From Yuukianura sp. NJ FZ-2021 (taxonomy: Eukaryota): a DNA stretch of 64,000 nt. The stretch covers positions 6,820,001 through 6,884,000 of the forward strand of contig CM102284.1 of assembly GCA_046563655.1 (NCBI GenBank). Direction: 5' to 3'. The notes under the pieces were generated by a model. It was not told where the DNA came from, searched no databases, and was given only the letters and a program-made list of their open reading frames with translations. Below, one piece after another: positions 36,659 to 48,543 of the stretch. How positions within the stretch are numbered: the first letter of the stretch is position 1; the number at the start of each line of letters is the position of its first letter. The translations under genes and the position numbers were made by a program.

Positions 36659-38234
36659 ATGGACAGGAGACGAACATTTTTGTTCCTTGTAGTGTTGTTA
36701 GTGGCTGCCTGGACGGTAGACGCTGGGCCAAACTTTAAAGATCCACGGAACGCCCGGACCAAACGAGACGACGAACCAGCCGACACTCCACCTGAGCCAC
36801 CAGCAGAAGAACCAACCACGGAAGCCCCGGCAGACGATAAACCAGCAGCCGAAACCGGAGGAGAAACGACACCAGCAACCGAAATGCCACCGTTGGAACC
36901 GACTCCGTAAGTCACTTTTACCGAACTTTCTCACCAAAGGTCACACTTGAAGTCATCGACCGTGGATCGCTGGTCAAGGTCACGGTCATGCGCAGGCGTT
37001 AAGTTTAAGCATCTTTGACCAAAGTGCTAATGTCATGCGCAGTGCTGATTTGAAACTTTTTGTTCCAGAGACAACACGGCGACACAAGATGAAGGTGGCC
37101 TGAAGCAAGTAAGATTTTTTGAAAATTAAAATTACGTCACTCTAAGGACGGAATCTTAACAAGATTTGACATTTCTGAATCCAAGCTTAATTCAAATTTG
37201 CTTTTGATTAGTTTTTTTTTTTTTTTGAATTTGTGAATCTAGGTGGATTCGACCACAGACAAAGAATGGATCGCGAAAGCAGTGAAGAAGCACAACGAGT
37301 ACAGGGCGCTTCATGGTGCTGGTCCGCTAGTGATCAACGAGACTGTAATACTTCTGTTTTAAACTTATTATTTTTTCTCAAAATTTCAAAATTTTGAAGA
37401 ATTGTTTGAAATTTTGCAGTTGTGTCGGATTAGTCAGGCTTATGCCAATCTGCTGGCAGAGACACACAAGGTTCAGCATAATCCAGGACTGCAAGGTGCT
37501 AAACTCGGTGAAAACTTGTTCTACAATGCCCACTCATTTCCAAAACCACTTCTTCCAGAAGAAGCCGTCATTGCTTGGTACGAGGAAATCCACGACTACA
37601 ACTTCAAAACGTAAGTGTTTTCAAAAACAATATTCAAAATTTTGAAACTTCAAAATTTTCAGACTGTCTGAAAAGAAAAAATCCTAAAGAAAATCTTGTT
37701 CTATTTCTTAGGGGATACCCATTTGATGACACCAAGGAAATCTGTAAGTCCAGGTTTTTAAAATTCTCAAAAACTTCAAAATTTTTCATAAAGTTAAGTT
37801 GTACCTTATCATTTCAGTGCACTTCACGCAATTGGTCTGGAAGGGAACCACTGACGTAGGAATTTCATTGGCCAAGGCCAAACGACCAGACGGAAAACAC
37901 GCCAACTACGTCGTGGCAAATTACTCTCCACGAGGAAACTTCGACGACTTTTTGACCAACGTTTTGGAAAAGTGGGTTTTGGCAGTTCAAAATTTCAAAA
38001 TTTTGAAAAGACTGAACTTTTCGTTTTGAAATTTGTAGGGGTGAAGGAGCAGGCAAAGAACCGGAGAAGCCGACTGAACCAGAGAAGCCGACTGAACCGG
38101 AGAAGCCGACTGAAACAGAGAAGCCAACTACAAGCGGTTCCAGTTCGATGCGAATTCTGGGCTGGGGAGCCATCTTGGTTTTGGTTATTGCTGCAATCGC
38201 TGGAATTCTTCTACTGGACACAATTAGTCTTTAA
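36659..38234 (+). CDS. Membrane-anchored CAP (SCP/PR-1) protein with Pro/Glu/Thr-rich spacers, 7 exons
   Basis: Signal peptide, RTKR site, acidic Pro-rich stalk, CAP motifs KHNEYRALHGAGPL, LGENLF, AWYEEI, HFTQLVWKGT, YVVANYSPRGN, then EPEKPT repeats and a hydrophobic C-terminus (ILGWGAILVLVIAAIAGILLL). Confidence 0.9.
38059..38130 (+). repeat. 18-bp coding tandem repeat (EPEKPT x4)
   Basis: GAACCGGAGAAGCCGACT-type unit repeated four times in the last exon of the second CAP gene. Confidence 0.9.
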
Positions 38235-38506
38235 AAATTATTTTCAAAAACTGTTTCGAAAAACAATGTTTTCAAAAATGTTTTAAAAACGAGCACAAAC
38301 AACTACTGTAAGGTTAATGCTGCCTCTACCACTACTGCATCAAAATGGTAATGTATTTTGGACTGCTTTAATTGCTCAACACCATTACTCAATTACTGGT
38401 AAATTTGGCCTCGTTTAGCTTTTAAGTGTAAGTTAAGTAACAAAAAATAAACAAAATTTCAAAAAATTTCAAAATTTTAAACATACAAGTCCAAATTTCG
38501 AAATTT

Positions 38507-39412
38507 TTACAGCTGCACTTTTGAATAAGGGACTCGAACAGATACTGGCTCTGATTTGACCTGCGTCCAAAATTTGTGGTACTTTTTGACAAAAGTTGTC
38601 CTAAAAAATTGAAATGAAAAATTTTTGTAGCAAAAATGAAATTTCGAAATTTCATAAAAACCGCATTCGCCTTCTCTTTGTTGAAAACTTACGTAAAAAT
38701 GACTTTTCCAGTAAAATCATCGGGCGCTGTCCATTCTACGGTGACATTCGTTTTGTGACCTTTGACTCCATGAAATGCAGCGTTCTAAAAAAGTGGATAC
38801 AAAAACATGATAAATTCTAACCACACAACATCAAAATTCCAAATTTTATGAAAAAATCCAAATTTTCATTTTCAAAAAAAAAAAATCAAAAAAATGAGTT
38901 ACGTCTGTCCCTTGACCACAATTGTGCACTTTGACAGACAAATCTTCTTTCGGTTTGAATTTTCCAATTGGTTTGTTCTCTCGGCTGTCACGCGCTTGGA
39001 CATAGAATCCTTTGAACCCTGTTTTGCTGTCATGGTCACGACAGTTGTGACGTCGCTTTCCAGAGCGACATTGTCGCCTCCCGATAACTTCATCCGAAAC
39101 TAAGCTCACTGTCCAAAAACAAAACACATTTTCATACTTTTTCAAAATTTTTCGAAATTTTCAGTTCAAAATTTGAAATTCACCTGAAATTGTTTTTCCG
39201 GGTAACACTTTTTCGGCGTAGACTATGACCTTGAACGGTGACTCGGACGTTTGTGGCTCTCTTTTGTGATGTGGAACCATCGTGTCGCAAACTTCCGGTG
39301 TATCCGGTACATACTTGGAGTGACCATGGACAAGCACTAGCACAAAACAATGAAATATTGACAAAACGATGAAAATTCTCATAATTTTGAACTTTTGTAC
39401 AAACGAAGCCAT
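38507..39412 (-). CDS. Secreted Reeler-domain protein (putative defence protein type), 4 exons
   Basis: Signal peptide, then VCDTMVPHH..PQTSESPFKV, FKGFYVQARD..PIGKF, NAAFHGVKGHKTNVTVEWTAPDDFTGKVIFTTTFVKKYHKFW. These are typical Reeler motifs and the exons splice in frame to TAA at 38507-38509. Confidence 0.88.
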
Positions 39413-39924
39413 TTTTCTAAAACAAAAATTAAAGTTTTTGGTAAATCTCTAATTCTCTCCGAAGAAGGAGTTGTTCTAAACTCTCAACTTTTTGGTGCCT
39501 ACGTGACCCGAATTTGTCTTGTACACTTACAGTAGTGAAGAGGGCGTGAACGAAGATTAGATTAAGAGTTGAGAAGGAATTGTCCTGAAACCAGCAACAA
39601 AAAATTTAACAAGGTCAAGTCTCCCGGAATGCTGGAAATGGACATCTTCGAAACAGCTAAGCTCGTCACAAATTGAAATCATGCTGAGCCGAATTTATCT
39701 GAAATGAAATTAAAAAATTCATTGAAAGCTTCATTTTTTTCATTACTGCGGACAACCTAATGTCATTTTGTTTGCTAAAATGCTTGAAATGGTCAAATAA
39801 AAACAAAATTTCGAGTAGGAAGATGTGGAATTGCGCATTTTCAAAAACAAAATTCCAAATTCTGCATGATAGGTCCACCCCCTTGATTCAGCGCCAGCGA
39901 ATAAGCAACGAGCAAACCGGGGAA

Positions 39925-41144
39925 ATGGGGGGTCAAGTAGTTGGTAAAAATACTGCAGTGAAGACAGAAGTGACGACTCAAAGCGATGTAAACTTGATTT
40001 TCACTTACGTCGTGACATGCCACAAGAGTGATGGACATGATGATGACCTCGATTGACCTTGATTCTTCCAGGGCACAAAGGTCACCAAAACCACCACGAC
40101 AACGGTTACGAAGTACTCTGATGGAACGGAAACGACGCAGGTCGATGTGAAAACACAGACGGAGAAAAGCGGCGGCACGAGTTCGCAACAGCGTCAAAGC
40201 GTCGTAAATGTGCAGGCGCCAGCAGCTACAGGACAAGCGCAACCAGCCAAGAAACCGTCACAGGTTGAGCATTAGCTGAGATTTTCTGATCTGAAAATTT
40301 CGAAATTTGAAATTGAAATTGGAATTTGAAATTTTGATTTGTAAAAAAGGCTCCAGGCCGCTCACCTCCGGGAAAAACTGACGAAAAGTTCGTGGAGGCT
40401 GCGCTCAAAGCACACAATGACCTCCGTGCCAAGCATTCTTCACCGCCTCTTGTTGTAGACAAAGCGGTTAGATCTGCAAAACCAAAAAAGAACAATTTTA
40501 AATCAATTTTTTAAAATTTAGAAAATCTTTTGAAAACTTACACTTTAGCTTTGCGCCTCAGCTCAGCAGTGGGCAGACAAGGTAGGGCAAAGATAAAATT
40601 CTTTGCAAATTGCAGATTGAGCAAAGTTAATTAACTAATTGCTTAATTAGTGTTAATTTTGCTTTAACTGAGATTGCATCTAAACAAAAAATGGAGCACA
40701 GCACAACCGACCTTGGAGAAAATGTGTACTGGTCTACTAAAACTTTCACTACAGAAGGAAACGTTCCAGTGGAAAGCTGGTACGGAGAAATCAAGGATTT
40801 CAATTTCAAGAAAATGGAACCCCAAAAAGGAACAGGTTTCCAAAACAAAATTTTGAAACTTTTTTGAAAAACTAACATTTTCCAAAAAAGCTTTTCGAAA
40901 TTTCTGGTTATCCCTTTAGGTCATTTTACTCAAGTCGTTTGGAAAGACACCAAAAGAATGGGTAAATTGCATGAAAATTTGAGTTTCTAAGCTGCTTTTT
41001 AGTGGAAATTGGTTAAAAATTTGGCTTTTTGAAGGGATTGCTCTTGCAATTGATTCGAAAGGACAGAGCTATGTTGTAGCTCACTACGATCCTGCTGGAA
41101 ATTTCATTGGTCAATACGCAGCAAACATTACTAAACCGAAATGA
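39925..41144 (+). CDS. GAPR-1/GLIPR2-like CAP protein without signal peptide, 7 exons (start codon tentative)
   Basis: Thr/Gln-rich N-terminal extension, then ALKAHNDLRAKHSSPPL, SAQQWA, MEHS..LGENVY, SWYGEI, GTGHFTQVVWKDTKRMGI, YVVAHYDPAGN. Stop at 41142-41144. Confidence 0.9.
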
Positions 41145-41221
41145 AATGTAATTTATCAGAATTTTAAAATTTTAAAACTAATTTATAAGTTTATAACAAA
41201 TTAAATAAAGTTTTTCTTAAC

Positions 41222-42461
41222 TCAACTCGATCCTGTTTTCCGTTTCTTTTTGGGCGATGAAACTGGTTCAGGTTGTTGAAAAAGTTGTTCATTCGTACTA
41301 GATTTCTTCTTCTTCCTTTTTATCACTTCAAGTTCAATTTCCGGCTCTTCTGTGATGGTAGAATTGTGATTTTTTTGTTTTTTGGGAGACGAAATTTCAA
41401 CTTCCGAATCAAGTTCGATTTTGATGACACTTTTCTTTTTCTTTTTCGGAGGTTCGTCCGGTATTGTAACGATTGGCTGGGGTTCCTCAGGTTCCGTTTG
41501 TCGTTTCTTGGATTTCTTGCGTGGAATCTCTTCATAATCTTCTACAGTGTGATTAACAACTTCAGTTTCTTGGGCTTTGCGTTTTCTGCTCTTCTCTTTC
41601 GGTGGAACGGACACTATTGCTACTGGAATGACTTCCCTTGGTTCATATGCTTCGTAATTAGCTGGTTCAACTTCCTGTGTTTTCCGTTTCTTTTTCTTGT
41701 GCTTTGTTGGAGGTGGATCCGGATCCTCTGGAATTTCGTAATCAGCGCCGTAAACAGGATGCCGAACTTTCAGTCCGTCAGGGAGTAGATGAACTTTGCG
41801 AGGACTTGGAAGTGGAACGACGTCAGAGGTATCCTCCGTTACTTCCTTGATCATGATGTGTCCAGACACAGGAAAAGAGACTACAGAAGGAAAGGAGAGC
41901 AATATGAGTAGTTGTACTTTCGTAAAACAATCATTTGCTGTCCAGTTTTACCTAACTGTATCTTCCCAGATTCATCTGGGACAAGGGCGGCGTCTCCATG
42001 CTTGTTTTTATGCGGTACACATAGAGCTTCGTAGGATTTATTCCCATTGTCAAAAAATTGCTGCCTTTCGTCGAGATACAGCTTCTTGCCTCCAAGCAGT
42101 TGTCCGAGTCCTGCCTGCGGATTACATAGATTTAGCACTAACATTGATGTTTCAAAATAATGTAACAACATTGCGGAAAATCAGCTGTCTTACGGTAGCA
42201 GGACATTGTAGAATCCATATTTCATTTCTACTGCCGTCCTGAAGTTCATCTGTTGTAAGCGGTGCTTCCCTACCATCCGCTGGTATCAGTCCGTCAAGAA
42301 TGTTCCTCGGAATCTACAGAATTCATTGCTTTTGTAGATAATAGCATTAATTTTTAATCGTAACTCATATTTACTTGATTGATGTCAACTTCTTCCAGTT
42401 TCAAATGAGACATCGGCGTAAATTTGGGGGGAGTGATGTCCAGAAACCCATTTCGGTCCAT
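41222..42461 (-). CDS. POLR1G: RNA polymerase I subunit RPA34 (CD3EAP/PAF49)-like, 4 exons
   Basis: Spliced N-terminus MDRNGFLDITPPKF..NEIWILQCPAT, motif LPDGLKVRHPVYGA and a long Lys/Glu-rich tail with poly-K clusters, the architecture of RPA34.5/PAF49. Confidence 0.7.
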
Positions 42462-42884
42462 TACAACATACAGCGATGAACACGAGCACGACGATAGGTT
42501 GTCAGAATGGAAAGCCGCTACTGTAACGATAAACTAATTAAAACAAACCAATTAAATTAACAATCTACTTATTTATCGTTTAGCTAAATTATTTTTTTTT
42601 TCAGCACGTGAAATTCAAAATTTTATTAAAAATAAGCAATTCCCGCCGCTATCATGTGAAAAATTTCTTTTCGCGCCGTTTTCGGGTTTGCAAAATTTGA
42701 ATTCTACTTGAGTTTTGAATTGAGTAACTCGGAATGGGGCACAGTGAGACATTTGTCCAAAGGGCGTCGTACTGCTTCATATGGGTTGGGTTTGTGATCA
42801 TCTGTTGTAATTTACTTCATCTTCCAGAATTCCAGATTAATCACTGCAACTAATTAGCACAGTAGGTCAACAGGTTCCAACATC

Positions 42885-44683
42885 ATGTCCACCGAATACT
42901 GGATTGTGTCCGTTCCGGGTGACAAAACACCGGCCCAAGCATTCGATCATTTGAATAACCAAACAAGTAAACAACAAAATTTGTCTGCAAATTGGAAATT
43001 TCCTATTCCAGATTTAAAGGTTAGTGGATCCATCTCCAGTACTTTGTATTAAAATTTATGTTAATTATGGGGTGTGGTTGGGAAGTTAATTAGCTTATGT
43101 GGTTGATTAACAAAATGAAAGATGATTTCTTGACAGGTTGGTACGCTAGATCAACTTGTTGGACTGTCCGATGATTTGGGAAAATTGGATACTTATGTCG
43201 AAGGAATCACCCGGAAAATCGCATCCTACTTACGAGAAATCCTGGAAGATCAGAGAGATAAAGTAGCGGAAAACTTGCAAGCTAGCAATAGTAATTCAAC
43301 GTCTACCAATCCTTTTAGAATGAACTGTCTCACCGTTTTCGTCTCTAAAGCTAAAACATAATGCGCCATTTTTATTTCCAGCTGATCTGGCTACCTACAT
43401 TACAAAGTATCAATGGGACATGGCAAAGTACCCGCTGAAACAATCCTTGAGGAATTTAGCAGAAATAATTGGCAAGCAAGTTGGTCAAATCGATACCGAT
43501 TTGAAAGTTAAATCACAGGCCTACAATAACTTGAAGGGAAGTTTACAAAGCTTGGAGAAGAAACAGACGTAAGTCCAATTACGTTTTTAATGACGACTAG
43601 ATAAACGTTTCTAACTCTATGATTTACGTTTTTTTAGCGGTAGCTTGTTGACCAGAAACTTGGGAGACATCGTCAAGAAGGAGCATTTCATTTTGGACTC
43701 AGAGTACCTCATCACGTTGGTCGTCGTCGTTCAAAAGTAATTCATGCTAAGCATTTTCTACCTTGACTTTACTTCAAAGTTTTACAATTTCCTCGGCCTC
43801 TTAATTACAGAGCCAGTTTCAATGACTGGAAGCTAAAGTACGAGAAGTTGACCGACATGATTGTCCCTCGCTCATCAAATCTGATCTTCGAAGACCAAGA
43901 ACATGGTTTGTTTACTGTGACGCTGTTCAGAAAAGTTGTAGATGAATTCAAGCTTCATTGTCGGGAAAACAGGTTAGATAATTTTACTCTCAATCGAATG
44001 AGTTTATACTGAACAAAGTTGTTATTTGCACAGATTCATTGTACGAGATTTCACATACAATGAATCCGAGTTGGATGCTGGGAGGAGTCAGCTTACCAAA
44101 TTGGCAACAGACAAGAAGAAGCAGTTTGTAAGGAACAATCTCTGCATTTGTGTCAATTGTATCAAAAATTCTTGATGAAAAGATGAAAAACTAAAAATTT
44201 TCAGGGTCCGCTAGTAAGGTGGATCAAGGTCAACTTTAGTGAAGCATTTACGGCATGGATCCACGTCAAAGCTCTGCGTGTTTTCGTCGAGTCTGTCTTA
44301 CGGTAGCATTCACCGATTCTTAATCCAAAATCTAAACTTAAGTTTAATTTAATTATCAATTAACATTTAGATACGGTTTACCCGTCAACTTCCAAGCAGT
44401 CCTCATGTATCCCAACAAGAAATCCATGAAGCGGCTAAGAGAAGTGCTAAATCAAATGTACTCTCATCTAGATTCTAGCGGTAGCTCCAATTTGAAGAAT
44501 ACTGATGTAAGCTAACAATTCAGTCACTTGAAAGCTAATCAGCAACCAATTTAACAATTTTATACCGAAAATTACTATCTTTAGGCACTGGACATGCCAG
44601 GGATGACATTTGGTCAATCCGAGTATTTCCCTTACGTCTTCTACAAATTGGACATTGAGATGGTAGAGCCCAGCAAGATCTAA
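42885..44683 (+). CDS. Vha44: V-type proton ATPase subunit C, 9 coding exons
   Basis: [118 protein letters not shown]; all introns GT-AG. Confidence 0.97.
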
Positions 44684-45316
44684 AAGTACTCATCGTCACG
44701 CCCTTCGTCACCAGTTTGCCAATTCCAATGATTTTTTTTTTCAAATTCCTCAAGAAACTTAGATCTGTGAATTTTGTCGATTATTTTTGAAAATTCCAAG
44801 AACAGGCTCCACATTTTAAAAAATTGAAGAGTAGTCTGGTGCTGTTGGGTAAGCGTTTACATTCCATTATCCGCACTTTCCAAATCGTGAATTTTAAGTT
44901 ATTTTGAAAAGTTCCATTAATCAATCAATTAACGCAACAAAGTGGTGTACTTCTTCCAGAAAGCAAAATTCAATAATCTGGATCAACTTAATGATAAATG
45001 TGACGTCTCTGGTCAATTTATAGCTCAGTTTGTGCGAGTAGCTCTTGTGTATAGTTAGTAAAAGAGAAGTCAGAGTCAGTTTAGTTTTCAAAATGTCAAA
45101 ACGTTTTCGTTCAATGTGTAGTCAAAAATTTTGAAATAAAAAATAGACACGTACTTTCTGATTCAGTTTTTAATTGGTTCAGCAAGAGGAATGAGGCACT
45201 TAAGCGATCACAAGCGATAAAGACAAGGCAAAAGATTGCAAGGCGTGTCTTGGAATGGGTTCGGTGTAGTGAAGCACCATCTTGCTCGTCTCAGGAATGT
45301 CGCTTGGAAGTTGACC

Positions 45317-46546
45317 TTAGGCGACCATTGTTCCGCTCTTGATGTCGCACTGGAAGTACAAAGTTCAATTAATGTCCAAAGGTCATCCACAAGTAAATTA
45401 ATAAACTCAGCGATGCTGAATTTGTTTCATCTTACACGCAATTGGTCAACATGTTTGGACCAATCAGCAGCAGCGATCTTTGGAACCGCTGCAAGAAACA
45501 ACTTGGTAACTTTTGCAGCGTTTTCTTTGAAGGTCCTCACAACAGCGTCAGCTGCCACATTTTCCTCGGATTCTCTCCAGCAATCATAGTCCGTAGCCAT
45601 TCCGACGGTGGCATACAGCAAACCAGCTTCTTTTGCAAGAATTACCTGCCAGGACACAAAACGTCAAAGAATCGTGAGATCGTATTTGAATTTGGTGTTT
45701 AGTTGTTAAAAAATTGGTGAATGCAGACGTACTTCTGGAACAGTAGTCATGTTGATCACGTCGGCTCCCCAGGATTGGTACATTCGACTTTCAGCGACAG
45801 TAGAGAATCGTGGACCTTCGATTACAACGCAAGTACCGGTTGGGTGGTAATGGAGTCCAAGGCTATCAGCAACTGACATCAGAAGAGCTCGGACTGCCGG
45901 ATGGTAAGAAGTGTGCATCTGAAGATGACAGATTCCAGCTGGAGCACCTTCGGTCTTCCCATCGAAAAACGTTTGATGTCGTTGCGTAGTTCGATCGATA
46001 AATTGATCAATGAAAACGAGTTCTCCAGGACGCACTGCAACAAAGTTCAAGGTCAAGAAATGAACTGATGTAGAAACAAATCCTTTACATCAGGATATAC
46101 CAGTCTTTTTTGGGTAACGTTTTAGCCTTACCTTCTTCTTTGAGCGATCCACATGCCATCGAAGCCAGCACAACAGTACATCCAGCATTTTTCAGTGCCA
46201 TGATGTTCGCCCTGGAATTTAGTTGGTCATGATAAGTTTGTTGGAAGAATTTTATTTAACAAAGGCCCGCCCTTACCGATAGTTGACGTTCGATGGAGAA
46301 ATGTCATGATTCCGTCCATGTCGTGCGAGCAGGACACATTCAACCTTTCCAATTGTTCCATGAATCAAAGCATCCGACGGTCGTCCGAAAATCGTTTCCA
46401 CAAATTCCTCTCTCCGATTTTCCAAAATATCGGGATTGTCCAGTCCAGAACCACCAATAATTCCCACCTGTTATTTTACGTTACAAACTTAATCTTTCGC
46501 ATTCATGATTTTCAATTTTTGAAAACGAAAACGGACTTACCTTCAT
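45317..46546 (-). CDS. MTAP: S-methyl-5'-thioadenosine phosphorylase
   Basis: [91 protein letters not shown]. The last exon is probably [10 protein letters not shown]. Confidence 0.96.
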
Positions 46547-48543
46547 TTTGATTCCGAAAATTGACGAGCAATTAATTCCGGATTTTTGGAGATGATGAGG
46601 GTCTTGTCCAGAAGTTGCTCCGCCGGTTACCACAAGTCAAATGAAAGTCGAAATTCTCCCTTTATCAATTCAGAACTTGTGGTTTTGTGGAACAAGTAAT
46701 GCAATCTGAGATCATTATGTGTCAAGCTCAATGCTCAAATGGAAAGCGTCTTAGTGTCGTTCATTCCAAACATCCATCCCGTTATGTTCCAGTTCAAAGT
46801 TCAAGGTCCAGTTAATCGATTGACAAATCTCCTGTCAGCGGAATTTCCGTAAAACTCCCACCGCAATCCAGTAGTTGTAATCTAAATTTAAAACATTGTG
46901 ACTTTGATGAAACTGATTACGTAAAACTCGTCGCAAAAAAATGCAACTTGACTTACACGCAATTGCAAAAACAGGAATACACAGATGAAATTATAAACTT
47001 TATCGAAACCGGTGACAATTCTGGAGCTCGCAACAAGCCAGGAACATTACACAAGCAGCGCTAAATTTCTGTGCAAAAATTGTGTAGGACTCGGGTCGTC
47101 GGGTCTCAAGATCTGAAATACAAATCATGTTAGTTAGCATCTCCCCACACCATTAAAAGATCCAGGGATTTAGTGAACGTGTATGTCCAAGTGTCAATTA
47201 CCTAAAGTGTGAATTAATTGATCCAAACTTCGTGATCGGAAGGAAGTGGTAGGAGTAGATGAGATGCGCTTGTGAACTTGTTGATGGATTTGAGCTCTTC
47301 CTGAGCGCCCAAGTCCAAACACTCAGCAGCTGAAAGTGGATCAATTTCCCTTTTTAATTCCTATCCTCTCGTGTATCTTTCCTCCCAAGAAGAAGATGAT
47401 GAGGAAAAAATAGCAACAAATTTTACTACGCCACTTCAAACTAATCTTTGATATCCGTTGTCACCTTGTCCAAGAACTTCTAAGAATTGGGTCATCTGAT
47501 TAGTCAACATTTAACAAAAGATTTGCCTCAAGGACATCAAAACGTCGGATGCTGGTTCGCCTACGTTCACTACTACTAATAACTGGTCTCATCGTCCTCG
47601 TCAGGTGGTAAAACGTTTTTCAACTACAAATTAACGTTACTTGTACCTGGGTAAATAAATTTTTGATAGTGGCAAGCAGGAATATTGCAATTAAAATCAT
47701 AGTAGTGCATACTTTAAACATGAGCGTAAACGTAATTGATCTAACGTAACTTTTCTTGGTCACTTTGCAGGGAAGCGTAAAAACGTTGCTGGGTCGTTTG
47801 GTATTTTCTTACTATTGATGTCTTGCCGTTCCTGGATCGTCTAATTTTCTTTGTCAATTACTGTGGGTTCGCGGATTAACTTTCTAAAAAAGCCGGATCT
47901 GACCCCATTTGTCGGAGCGTGCCAAATTCAGCGAGAGTGATCATGTTCGTCGGTTGGACGATGGACTTTTGAAAATATCAACAGGACCAAATCGATGACA
48001 TCATGTCAAATAGAGTAAGGAATATTTGTTTATAAAGTTTACGTTTTGAACCTGAGCCGAGTAGATTTTACGATGTTGGCGTTTTTCTTTTTGACAAGGT
48101 CATAAAGGTCGTTAGCTGTTGGCTTGAACTGCCGATGAAGATGATGGACTGCCAATTGTTCTCGTACGAAGAGCTTCGATACTTTGAAATTGAGTAACTG
48201 CCTATATTAAAGGGGCAATCGACCTGTTTGCGAGAGCAATTGGCAGTTGAATTGTCTTGATAGCGAATCTAAAGAATAGAAGTGTCGAGTTTAATTTCTT
48301 TTGAATTCAGCTCAATTAAATTGGCAGTTCATGGTCCAGAAAGAGAGTGGGCCATTAACTAAGCACTTAATAGCTAAAGCTGTTTAATTTTGCTGACTTG
48401 GGAGAATGGACCGGGTAGTTAGTTACTCGATATTCGTCGTCATAAAATGTCTTGACTTTGTAAAACAAAAGTTGAGGCCTCTGCTTGATTGGTGCCAATA
48501 TTTTAATAGCCTCTTAATTTACACTTGAAGATTGAAGAATCGA

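Noticed and set aside
41273-41788. Phe-rich 171-aa ORF and other antisense ORFs (e.g. 23711-24019, 49550-49924)
   Set aside because: Shadow frames opposite genuine coding exons.
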